This document shows positions 47,572-56,377 of a DNA stretch of 64,000 nt, piece after piece (the first letter of the stretch is position 1; every line of letters begins with the position of its first letter). Source of the stretch: an uncultured Clostridium sp. (GTDB taxonomy: Bacteria; Bacillota; Clostridia; TANB77; CAG-508). The notes under the pieces were generated by a model that was not told the DNA's origin, made no database searches, and saw only the letters and a list, made by a program, of their open reading frames with translations. Position numbers and translations under genes: made by a program. The stretch is taken from positions 3,043 to 67,042 of the forward strand of contig CAMMLJ010000007.1 of NCBI GenBank assembly GCA_946497695.1, read 5' to 3'.

Positions 47572-48263
47572 AATTGCAGGTGTATATTCTGTTTTTACCT
47601 CTAAATTTCTAAAAGCAACCCCTTCTTCTTTGCTTTCTATATATTCATTTATTTTTGTTTCTAATTCATTCTTATTCTTTACATATCCAATTACTTCACC
47701 ATTTATAGATACTTGAAATAAAGAATCATACTTTATAAAAATAACTATAAATAAAACTAGTAATATTATTGTAAGAATTTGTGTAATTCTTATTAGCTCT
47801 TTTGTGTGAATTTGTTTATTTTCGTTAAAAATATTCGTTCACTCTCCTTTAATTTCTACACACAAGCATCAATTATTATACTATATATTTTATGTTTTTT
47901 CAATTTATGTATACATTATTTTCATACTTTTTCAATTTTTTTATATTTTTTTCCTTTATCTGACTATAAATAACTATATTTATCTCTTTTTTACTCTTTT
48001 TTTCGCCTATTTTTGGCGTTTTTCAACTTTTAAAACTGAATTTATAACAGAACAAAACAGATGTAAAAGCATTTTATACAACTCTTACATCTGTTATACC
48101 TATTTTTAATTTACATACTACATATGGCAGTTCTTCGCCATTAATTTTAGTTTCCATACAGAATCCCCACTTTATTTTTATTCATTCTAACATACTTATT
48201 TTTTACAAACAATATATTCATTTATAAATAATTTAGTCATCATACAAGTCTAAAATAAGCATC

Positions 48264-48296
48264 AAAAAACTAGAGTATCCCTACTCTAGTTTTTTA
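48264..48296. terminator. Bidirectional hairpin terminator downstream of spoVG
   Basis: AAAAAACTAGAGTA-tccc-TACTCTAGTTTTTT. Confidence 0.75.
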
Positions 48297-48305
48297 TAAT
48301 TTATA

Positions 48306-48605
48306 TTATTCTGCTGATTCTTCAGATTCTTCGCTTTTTACTTCTTCTTCTACATCAGGAGTTTCGTTATATTTTTCAAGTATAGCACTTTGAATTTTCT
48401 CCCTTGTTTCAGCATTAATTGGATGAGCTACATCTCTAAACTCACCATTTTGAGTTTTTTTACTTGGCATAGCTATAAATAATCCATCTTTTTCGATAAC
48501 TTTTATGTCATGTACAACAAATTCATTATCGAATGTTACAGAAGCTACTGCTTTCATTTTGTTTCCTGAATTTACTTTCTTTAAACGTACATTTGTGATT
48601 TGCAT
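48306..48605 (-). CDS. spoVG: Septation/sporulation regulator SpoVG
   Basis: [69 protein letters not shown] is the canonical SpoVG sequence. Start moved to ATG 48605; the track start is a TTG inside the RBS region. Confidence 0.94.
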   Translation of the reverse strand: MQITNVRLKKVNSGNKMKAVASVTFDNEFVVHDIKVIEKDGLFIAMPSKKTQNGEFRDVAHPINAETREKIQSAILEKYNETPDVEEEVKSEESEESAE

Positions 48606-48820
48606 TTGAGCACCGCCTTCCAAAGTTTTAAATAATATTATTGTACATTTATATGTACAACTATATTATTCTTCAAAAAAAACTTTTTTCCTTCTATTTT
48701 TTCAAAATTATTTATTTTTTAACATTTTTGAAATATTTATCATAAAATAGTAATAATTATATTGAAAAAAAAACATAATAATTATATAATCTTACATGTT
48801 AAATATGGGAGGGGAATTTA

Positions 48821-50206
48821 ATGCCTAATCTTAACTTAATAAAAAAATATAATAGAGTACATATGATTGGAATCGGTGGTGTTAGTATGAGCGGAATCGC
48901 TGAAATTCTTAATAATTTTGGCGTTATTGTTACAGGTTCTGACTTAGCTGATTCAGAAATAGTAAAAAAATTACAAAGCAATGGTATTTCAGTTACAATA
49001 GGTCATGATTTTGAAAATTTAGCTAAGGCAGACATTGTTGTTTATTCTGCTGCAATAAATCCAAACGACCCTGAAATGCAAAAAGCAAAAGAGTTAAATA
49101 TTCCAACTTGTGAAAGATGTGACTTTTTAGGTATGCTTACAAAAGCATTTAATGACACTATTGGTATTTCTGGTACACATGGTAAAACCACAACTACATC
49201 ACTTGTTTCATTATGCTTTTTAGAAGCAGGCTTAGATCCAAGTATTCAAGTTGGCGCAATATTAAAAGCTATAGATGGAAATTATAAAGTTGGTTCAAGT
49301 GAACATTTTATAATAGAAGCATGTGAATATGTAGAAAGTTTCTTAAAGTTTTTCCCTAAAGCTGAAATTATCTTAAATATAGATAATGACCATTTAGATT
49401 ATTTTAAGACTTTCGAAAATATAAAAAATGCTTTCATAAAATATGTAAAAATAATTCCAGATAATGGTTTACTTGTGGTTAATGGCGATGACCATAATTG
49501 TTTGGACTTATTGCAATATACAAACGCGACTAAATTAACATATGGAATTACTAATAAAAATACTGACTTTTTTGCAGTTAATATTGTATTTGATAACAAT
49601 GGTTTTCCAGCTTTTGATATTTATAAAAAGGATAAATTTTTCGAAAGAATTCAATTAAAAATTCCAGGAATGCATAATGTACTAAATGCATTGGCATGTA
49701 CTGCCCTTTGTGATTATTATGGAATTGATAAAAAATATATAAAATCTGCTTTAGAAAAATTTACAGGTGCTCATAGAAGATTTGAATATAAAGGAACAAT
49801 TAATAATGCAACTGTTTTTGATGACTATGGTCATCATCCAACAGAGATAATAGCTACTGCAAAAGCTTTAATGAATAAAAAATATAATAAATCATGGGTT
49901 GTTTTCCAACCACATACTTATAGTAGAACTAAAACTTTATTAAATGATTTTGCAAAAGCATTATTAAATTTTGACAATATCATAGTTACAGACATATATG
50001 CAGCAAGAGAAACAAATAGATTTGGAGTTTCTTCTCAAGATTTAGTTGATAAAATTAACTCATTAGGAAAAAATGCAATTTATATGAAAGATTTTGATGA
50101 TATTACTAAATATTTAAAAGAAAATGTTAAAGAAAATGATATTATTTTAACATTAGGTGCTGGAACTGTAACACAAATTTCAGATGAAGTAGTAGAAGAG
50201 AATTAG
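48821..50206 (+). CDS. murC: UDP-N-acetylmuramate--L-alanine ligase
   Basis: VHMIGIGGVSMSGIAEIL, GISGTHGKTTTTS, DDYGHHPTEI. Confidence 0.96.
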   Translation: MPNLNLIKKYNRVHMIGIGGVSMSGIAEILNNFGVIVTGSDLADSEIVKKLQSNGISVTIGHDFENLAKADIVVYSAAINPNDPEMQKAKELNIPTCERCDFLGMLTKAFNDTIGISGTHGKTTTTSLVSLCFLEAGLDPSIQVGAILKAIDGNYKVGSSEHFIIEACEYVESFLKFFPKAEIILNIDNDHLDYFKTFENIKNAFIKYVKIIPDNGLLVVNGDDHNCLDLLQYTNATKLTYGITNKNTDFFAVNIVFDNNGFPAFDIYKKDKFFERIQLKIPGMHNVLNALACTALCDYYGIDKKYIKSALEKFTGAHRRFEYKGTINNATVFDDYGHHPTEIIATAKALMNKKYNKSWVVFQPHTYSRTKTLLNDFAKALLNFDNIIVTDIYAARETNRFGVSSQDLVDKINSLGKNAIYMKDFDDITKYLKENVKENDIILTLGAGTVTQISDEVVEEN

Positions 50207-50227
50207 ATAACTCTAATTCTCTTCTAC
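50192..50227. terminator. 15-bp perfect inverted repeat spanning the convergent murC and spoIVB stop codons
   Basis: GTAGAAGAGAATTAG-ataact-CTAATTCTCTTCTAC. Both arms are coding (..VEEN-stop on each strand). Confidence 0.5.
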
Positions 50228-51445
50228 TTCTTTCATCTGTTTTAACATTGTATCTGCAAATATTCCATATCCCTTCTCTGGATTATTGACCATTACATGT
50301 GTAACAGCCCCTACAAATTTTCCATTTTGTATAATTGGTGATCCACTCATTCCTTGTATTATTCCACCTGTTTTTTCTAAAAGTCTTGAATCTGTAACTC
50401 TAATAATCATATTTTTATTTGTTCTATTTGTTGAAGTATATATTTTTTCAATTTCAATTTCATATTCTTCTTGTTTATTATCGTCTAAGGTGCATAATAT
50501 AGTTGCTTTTCCTTCTTTAACTTCATCTCTTGGCATTACTTCCATTACTTTATCACTATCATTTTCTATTTGTTCAACATTATTTAATTTTCCATATATT
50601 CCAAAATTCGTGTTTTTATATACTTCTCCTATTATTTTTCCATTATCTATACTGCCTTGTAATTCTCCAGGTTTTCCTTTTTCACCTTTAACAATAGAAA
50701 CAATTTTACTTGTCACAATATCACCTCTTGCTATATCTATCAATTCTTCTGTATCTACATCTAATATTCCATGACCCAATGCTCCAAATTCACCTGTATT
50801 AGGATCATAAAAGCTTATAGTTCCAACACCAGATGCTGCGTCTCTTACCCATAAACCTAATTTGTACTCATCATCACTTGTTTTAGTTGGTAATATTTCT
50901 GTGTCATAATTGCTGCCATTTCTAACATATGTTATTTTTACAGCTTTTCCATCTGATTCATTTACTTTTGTAATTAAATCAGATGTACAAGTAACTGTTT
51001 CATTATCTACTTTTGTAATCATATCTCCTTCTTTTATTCCTGAGTTTTTATATGGAGTATAATTATTATTATCTTCTCCTTGTATTTCAGACATTCCTAC
51101 TACTAAAACTCCACTTGTGTATAATCTAAGTCCAATCGTTTCTCCACTTGGTATTACAACAGTATTTGGAATTACATTAACAGTTAAATCCTTTACAGAA
51201 AAACCTGCCAAATTTAAAGATAAATCTACCTTTCCTATTTTATTACTTATTTTTGTATCATCTGAATTAACAGCTTCTACAGTTTCACCATTTAAACTAG
51301 AAATATTTAATCCTAACAATGTTTTTAAATTTAAGTCTTCACCTTGTATTAATATTAAATTATTCGGAATAGAGCTTATATTAGTTACATATAATAATAT
51401 AATAAATAAGATTAAAATTAATAAAATTTTTTTAAAATTTTTCAT
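50213..51445 (-). CDS. spoIVB: SpoIVB peptidase (S55 signalling serine protease)
   Basis: N-terminal TM helix, PDZ region (GIKEGDMITKVDNETV), GTISFYDPNTGEFGALGHGI, catalytic GMSGSPIIQNGKFVGAVTHV. Confidence 0.94.
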   Translation of the reverse strand: MKNFKKILLILILFIILLYVTNISSIPNNLILIQGEDLNLKTLLGLNISSLNGETVEAVNSDDTKISNKIGKVDLSLNLAGFSVKDLTVNVIPNTVVIPSGETIGLRLYTSGVLVVGMSEIQGEDNNNYTPYKNSGIKEGDMITKVDNETVTCTSDLITKVNESDGKAVKITYVRNGSNYDTEILPTKTSDDEYKLGLWVRDAASGVGTISFYDPNTGEFGALGHGILDVDTEELIDIARGDIVTSKIVSIVKGEKGKPGELQGSIDNGKIIGEVYKNTNFGIYGKLNNVEQIENDSDKVMEVMPRDEVKEGKATILCTLDDNKQEEYEIEIEKIYTSTNRTNKNMIIRVTDSRLLEKTGGIIQGMSGSPIIQNGKFVGAVTHVMVNNPEKGYGIFADTMLKQMKEVEEN

Positions 51446-51510
51446 AGTAAAAACCTCTTATAATATATATTTTGCCCTATTTGCAAACTTTAATACTAGA
51501 AAGGTTTTAC

Positions 51511-51546
51511 TAAAAAAAATATAGATACTTTTTATAGTACCTATAT
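51511..51546 (-). terminator. Rho-independent terminator at the end of the Tad-like operon
   Basis: Minus strand: ATATAGGTACT-ataaaa-AGTATCTATAT followed by eight T. Confidence 0.8.
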
Positions 51547-51554
51547 TTAAAATT

Positions 51555-53201
51555 TTATATTGAATTTAAAGATAAACTCTTATAAGAATTGCATCGTTCT
51601 CTAAATAAAGCTGTATAATACGCTTTTCTTATATTATTTGGTGCAGAATCTAAAATAGTGTCCAAATCAGTTATATTATTTCCTAAAGCATTGTCCATTT
51701 CATTACTTCCATTTGATGTAGTAATATCAGTTGATGTTACAATACATGCATAATCAGCGGTTGCATTACCATGAGGGAAATAATTCTTTGTTGTACTATC
51801 ATTTGAAACAAAACTTTGTGCATCAAAATCTGTATTTCTATATCCAATAATCTCTCCAGTAGGCGAAAAATCTATATGTCTAACATCATGATACTGATTA
51901 GCACTTCCTTGATCTAATATATATATTAATTTTGGATCTACAAATTCTCTATTTTTATTATTTGTTACTATGCTATAGCCCATGTAATATCCATTTCCTA
52001 TATTTTGACCTTGCATAAATGAAATCAAACAAGTATTGCTTAATATCAGACTCCATTCATTTTCTGTTAATGTTGGCATTTTTGCAGGATGAGTAGAATT
52101 TTCATTAAATTTCGCAATTGTTGTTCTTAAATTAGTTGTTATGGAATTTCTGATAACTTGTAATTTATGTGCATTAAAGTTATCAAGCATTGTTCCATCT
52201 GTTGCACTAAAATTTATTAAATTTTGTTCTCCTACATTACCTGTAATTCCTAAATCTTCTTGGTTTACATCAACAATATCTTTTAATTGAATATCTTGTA
52301 AAATATTTTTTATTTGATTTGTAAAAGAATACGCATCTTGTAAGTATTTCTGTGCACTTGTATCTCTTTGGTAAGAGGTACCTAATTGATTTAACATATT
52401 TTCATCAACTTCATTAGTAGTTCCATCAACATTATATTTATACCATCTACTGCCATTCCAATATGCTTTTTCTCTTCTTCCATTTGCATTAGTAAAATAT
52501 GTATAATTTACTTTTTGTGGAGAAATTTGATTAGCTTCAAAACTTGTACGGTTTACTTCAGCTAATGCTTCATTATCTATAGAAATCCCATCATATGTAG
52601 TTCCTGATTCATTAGTTTTTGAAGTATCTATTAAAAAACCTGAATATGTTTGATAATTACCTGAACTATCTTTATAAAACACAGTTATATAATTATCTAA
52701 TGTATAATTTATTACTATATCTCTGTTTCCTTTTTTATATCTAGCTGAATAATATATATATGGTTTTAATCCTGTAGTTGAATCTGCAGAATTTAAATTA
52801 ACAGTAATATCACCTTCTGAATCTCTTCCTGTTACAACATTATTATATTTTGTATATATATAATAACCATCATACAATGTATATACCAATGCTGGTATAT
52901 AACTTTGTAATTCTTCTTCTGAATATCCACTTTGTCCAAAATTTGTAGCTAAAGAGTTATAAAATGTTGTTACAGAAGCCTCAACATCTCTTATTTTTTC
53001 TTGGGCTATATTTTGTGTTGTACTATTTAATTCGTTAATTTGAAATGCTTTTATTGCATCATAAGTTGCATTATTTAAAATAGTATCATAATTTCCCTGT
53101 AAATTAACGTAATTTATTTGCACTTGAATATATAAAGACATTACTAATACTATCGGTATAACAATAATAGAAAATATTACTATCCAGCTTTGTAATTTCA
53201 T
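51555..53201 (-). CDS. Hypothetical 548-aa N-terminally anchored extracytoplasmic protein (last gene of the Tad-like locus)
   Basis: Single N-terminal TM helix (WIVIFSIIVIPIVLVMSLY), then a T/N/S/Y-rich body. No family recognised. Confidence 0.5.
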   Translation of the reverse strand: MKLQSWIVIFSIIVIPIVLVMSLYIQVQINYVNLQGNYDTILNNATYDAIKAFQINELNSTTQNIAQEKIRDVEASVTTFYNSLATNFGQSGYSEEELQSYIPALVYTLYDGYYIYTKYNNVVTGRDSEGDITVNLNSADSTTGLKPYIYYSARYKKGNRDIVINYTLDNYITVFYKDSSGNYQTYSGFLIDTSKTNESGTTYDGISIDNEALAEVNRTSFEANQISPQKVNYTYFTNANGRREKAYWNGSRWYKYNVDGTTNEVDENMLNQLGTSYQRDTSAQKYLQDAYSFTNQIKNILQDIQLKDIVDVNQEDLGITGNVGEQNLINFSATDGTMLDNFNAHKLQVIRNSITTNLRTTIAKFNENSTHPAKMPTLTENEWSLILSNTCLISFMQGQNIGNGYYMGYSIVTNNKNREFVDPKLIYILDQGSANQYHDVRHIDFSPTGEIIGYRNTDFDAQSFVSNDSTTKNYFPHGNATADYACIVTSTDITTSNGSNEMDNALGNNITDLDTILDSAPNNIRKAYYTALFRERCNSYKSLSLNSI

Positions 53202-53241
53202 CTTAATTCCTTTCTTTACTTTTGTAACTCTTTAATCTCTT

Positions 53242-53283
53242 TTATTATACAAGAAAAATTGTTAAATTTTTCTTGTATAATAA
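53242..53283. repeat. Perfect 19-bp inverted repeat with a 4-nt loop, intergenic within the Tad-like locus
   Basis: TTATTATACAAGAAAAATT-gtta-AATTTTTCTTGTATAATAA. Confidence 0.9.
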
Positions 53284-53328
53284 AAGAAAAAGGTGTTTTT
53301 TACAAGACACCCCTTATTTCTTTTTATT

Positions 53329-53862
53329 TTAATTTCTTCCATTAACAGTAACAATTCCTCCATTTGAAGTCCCTATTGTTGAAGAGTCATTTCCTGTTAC
53401 TCTATAGAAGAAGTTTCTTAATAATTGAGAAATTGTTGTGTTTGTATTTTTTACACTAACAGATACAAAATCTCCTTCTTTTAAGTATTTAGTATTATTA
53501 TTACTTGCATCATTTAAGTCTTCCATAATTTGTGTAGTATATTCTGTATAATAAACATTCTCACCTATTTTTTCATAGGCTGTTTGTGCTGTTTTCTTTC
53601 CTGGGTTTTCATCTAATACTTTTACTTCAATTTCTACATCATATGTATTTCCTGTAGCATTTATCTCTTGCACAAACCTATTATATTCTGCTAATGTTAT
53701 TCTTCCTGTAGAACGAATATTGTCTACAAATGTAGTTGTACTATTTTGAACAGATAATTGTGAAACATCATCACTACGATCAGCAACTGACATTAAGGGA
53801 AAAATAAACATTAATACAGCTGCTAATACTATAGCTAAAATTGTTACTACTGTATCTCCCAT
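53329..53862 (-). CDS. Hypothetical N-terminally anchored protein (minor pilin-like/accessory, Tad-like locus)
   Basis: MGDTVVTILAIVLAAVLMFIFPLMSV hydrophobic N-terminus, AGGAGG RBS, position in the locus. Confidence 0.45.
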   Translation of the reverse strand: MGDTVVTILAIVLAAVLMFIFPLMSVADRSDDVSQLSVQNSTTTFVDNIRSTGRITLAEYNRFVQEINATGNTYDVEIEVKVLDENPGKKTAQTAYEKIGENVYYTEYTTQIMEDLNDASNNNTKYLKEGDFVSVSVKNTNTTISQLLRNFFYRVTGNDSSTIGTSNGGIVTVNGRN

Positions 53863-53891
53863 TTTTATTACCTCCTATTTCCCTTCTTTTA

Positions 53892-54479
53892 TTATTTTAA
53901 CGTATATGTTATTACTCTTTTATATTGTTTATTTATATCTGGAACTAATTCATTTGTATCTTGATCTTCTTCATAATCTTCTATTGTACCTAGTTTTTCT
54001 TCGAATTGTCTATCTTTGTATGATGGTTGCAATAAAAATTCAACCACATCATCTACATGTTGCTTTATCTTTGTAGTATTTCCTCTCCATTCTTCATATT
54101 TAGTTACACCATTTTCTTCCCAATGTTCTGTGTCTAAATCCAAATCATTTTTCTTAACATGGATTCCATTTTGCATTTGACCACTTTCGTATACATTTAA
54201 TGGTGAACCGTCTGAATTATAGAATTGAACTGCATAATCTTCTTGAGCATATCTATATAATGTTGGAATTATATCTGATAATGTAACTGTTCGAGAAAAT
54301 GCTTTTGTTTCACCTTCTGCAAGTTCTACATATTGGTAAGTTTCTTGTCTATCTTGGTTCTTTACTAAACTATCAGCAGTTGTTTTTGCTTGTGTTAGAG
54401 TAACCATGGTAATTGATAGTGCAATTATAAATAATAGCATAAATCCTGCCATTTTTAATGCTTCTACTGCATTCTCCAT
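53892..54479 (-). CDS. Pilin-like protein, MENA-family paralog 5 (divergent)
   Basis: MENAVEALKMAGFMLLFIIALSITMVTL: shared N-terminal motif plus a hydrophobic helix. 195 aa. Confidence 0.5.
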   Translation of the reverse strand: MENAVEALKMAGFMLLFIIALSITMVTLTQAKTTADSLVKNQDRQETYQYVELAEGETKAFSRTVTLSDIIPTLYRYAQEDYAVQFYNSDGSPLNVYESGQMQNGIHVKKNDLDLDTEHWEENGVTKYEEWRGNTTKIKQHVDDVVEFLLQPSYKDRQFEEKLGTIEDYEEDQDTNELVPDINKQYKRVITYTLK

Positions 54480-54501
54480 GATTACTCCTCCTTAATTTAA
54501 A

Positions 54502-54906
54502 TTATTTTGCTTCAACTGTCATTGCTGTTACATAACCTTTATATTGTCCGTCTTGTGTTTGATATCCTGTAATTTTTACTTCGTATTGACTTGTTGGTTG
54601 ATAACTATTTTTCTCTGTTGCTAATGATGCATTATCACTTTTTCCATTAACCGAGATTTGTCCTAATGCTGGCATTCTTTGATTATTATTTCTTACTGCA
54701 TCTATTAATGCTTTTGCTTGTGTTCCATTTATTGTTCCCTCATAATTTTGGAATGTAGAATTATGTGCCTCTACTTGTTGGTTTGATAAGTCATCCATAT
54801 TTGTTGCACTTCTTGCTTGGTTAAAAATATACACTCCTAATGCTATAATCAAAATTGCAAGTAATATTGCTCCTGCTATAATTAATGCTTTTGATGCATT
54901 CTCCAT
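54502..54906 (-). CDS. Pilin-like protein, MENA-family paralog 4 (candidate major subunit, tandem duplicate)
   Basis: MENASKALIIAGAILLAILIIALGVYIF... 134 aa. The first 116 coding nt plus the RBS are identical to the upstream paralog. Confidence 0.55.
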   Translation of the reverse strand: MENASKALIIAGAILLAILIIALGVYIFNQARSATNMDDLSNQQVEAHNSTFQNYEGTINGTQAKALIDAVRNNNQRMPALGQISVNGKSDNASLATEKNSYQPTSQYEVKITGYQTQDGQYKGYVTAMTVEAK

Positions 54907-54923
54907 AATTTATTCCTCCTCTG

Positions 54924-55346
54924 TTAATTTTTCTTTGTTACCTTCATTTTTGTAACATAGCCTTTATATTGTCCATCTTGTGTTTGATATTCTGTAATAG
55001 ATACTTCGTATTGACTTGTTGGTTGATAAGTATTTTTTTCTGTTGCTAGTTTTGCATTATCTTTTAAACCTGTACCACTAACACCATCAACTGTTATTTG
55101 TCCTAATGTTGGCATTCTTTGATTATTATTTCTTATTGCATCTATTAATGCTTTTGCCTGTGTTCCATTTATTGTTCCCTCATAATTTTGGAATGTTGCA
55201 TTATGTGCTTCTACTTGTTGATTTGATAAATCATCCATATTTGTTGCACTTCTTGCTTGGTTAAAAATATACACTCCTAATGCTATAATCAAAATTGCAA
55301 GTAATATTGCTCCTGCTATAATTAATGCTTTTGATGCATTCTCCAT
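54924..55346 (-). CDS. Pilin-like protein, MENA-family paralog 3 (candidate major subunit, tandem duplicate)
   Basis: MENASKALIIAGAILLAILIIALGVYIF... 140 aa. Strong GGAGGAATAAATT-ATG RBS. Confidence 0.55.
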   Translation of the reverse strand: MENASKALIIAGAILLAILIIALGVYIFNQARSATNMDDLSNQQVEAHNATFQNYEGTINGTQAKALIDAIRNNNQRMPTLGQITVDGVSGTGLKDNAKLATEKNTYQPTSQYEVSITEYQTQDGQYKGYVTKMKVTKKN

Positions 55347-55403
55347 AATTTATTCCTCCTTTGTTCTTCAAAAATATATATTAAAGAACCTTATTAACTA
55401 AAT

Positions 55404-55835
55404 TTAAGATATTTGTTCAATATATAAATAACTTATCCTTTTGTTGTTTTTATGATATTCAACTTTTGTACATTTAAATTGTATATTACTATAATTATTT
55501 ACTAAATTAGGAATCTCTCCCGCATTTAATGTTTCCATACTGTATGTCTTTTGTGTATCTGTCATATATACATCTACTCTTACAGAATATAAATCATCTG
55601 GAACATACTTTCCCGACTCATCTTTAGCAATATCATACTTTTCATTATTATCTATTGCCAAATTAATAATTGTTGCAAGTTCTGTTCCAAAAAATTCTTG
55701 ATTTATATATTGTGAAAACTGATTATTAAATTTCTGAACTTGATTTATATCATTTTTATACATTGAATATGCATATGTAATTGATATAACTATACAAATT
55801 GCTATAACACAAATTATTATTATTGTCCTTTTCAT
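55404..55835 (-). CDS. Hypothetical N-terminally anchored small protein (Tad-like locus)
   Basis: ATG 55835. MKRTIIIICVIAICIVISITYAY TM helix. No MENA motif. Confidence 0.45.
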   Translation of the reverse strand: MKRTIIIICVIAICIVISITYAYSMYKNDINQVQKFNNQFSQYINQEFFGTELATIINLAIDNNEKYDIAKDESGKYVPDDLYSVRVDVYMTDTQKTYSMETLNAGEIPNLVNNYSNIQFKCTKVEYHKNNKRISYLYIEQIS

Positions 55836-55913
55836 ATGCACCCTTTCTAATATTATACCATTATTCTACAAGTTTTGTAAATATTTTTAAAACAATAAAA
55901 CTGTTAATTTTTG

Positions 55914-56348
55914 TCAAACTTTTGTAAAGATAACTGTACTTATTACACCTTCTGTTTCTGATACGTTACATTTAAACATGGTACCTGCTTTTGCATGTAT
56001 CTGTAATAGATTAGTAATTTCATTATTATCTAAATTTTGCAAGTTTGAATTTTCTCCTAAAATTGATACTCTTATATACCCTTTATCACCAGGATTTAAA
56101 TTTAATGATTTATTATTATCTTTTGCTTTATTTATAACGGAAACAACATCATAAATTGTATTTTCATCAGATCCTTCATATCTTGTATATTCATTATTAG
56201 CTTCTGCTAGTTGTCTTTCATTTATCCTATCATACATATCTTCTGCATAACTACCATAAGAAGTAAAAAGATATACAAATAAAGAGGCAACCATAATTGC
56301 TATTAGCATTCCACCAGCTATTATAAGTGCTTTTGACGCATTATCCAT
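55914..56348 (-). CDS. Pilin-like protein, MENA-family paralog 2
   Basis: MDNASKALIIAGGMLIAIMVASLFVYLF... followed by ..QLAEANNEYTRYEG, which parallels ..QVEAHNSTFQNYEG of paralogs 3 and 4. Confidence 0.5.
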   Translation of the reverse strand: MDNASKALIIAGGMLIAIMVASLFVYLFTSYGSYAEDMYDRINERQLAEANNEYTRYEGSDENTIYDVVSVINKAKDNNKSLNLNPGDKGYIRVSILGENSNLQNLDNNEITNLLQIHAKAGTMFKCNVSETEGVISTVIFTKV

Positions 56349-56377
56349 AATTTAGTTGCCCTCCTTTTTTACAAAAT

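Noticed and set aside
48056-48095. 10-bp stem hairpin (ACAGATGTAA...TTACATCTGT) in the 450-bp gap between spoVG and the M23 gene, considered as a small RNA or attenuator.
   Set aside because: It is an isolated hairpin with a 20-nt loop, no clear T-tract and no flanking promoter. There is not enough evidence to call a feature.
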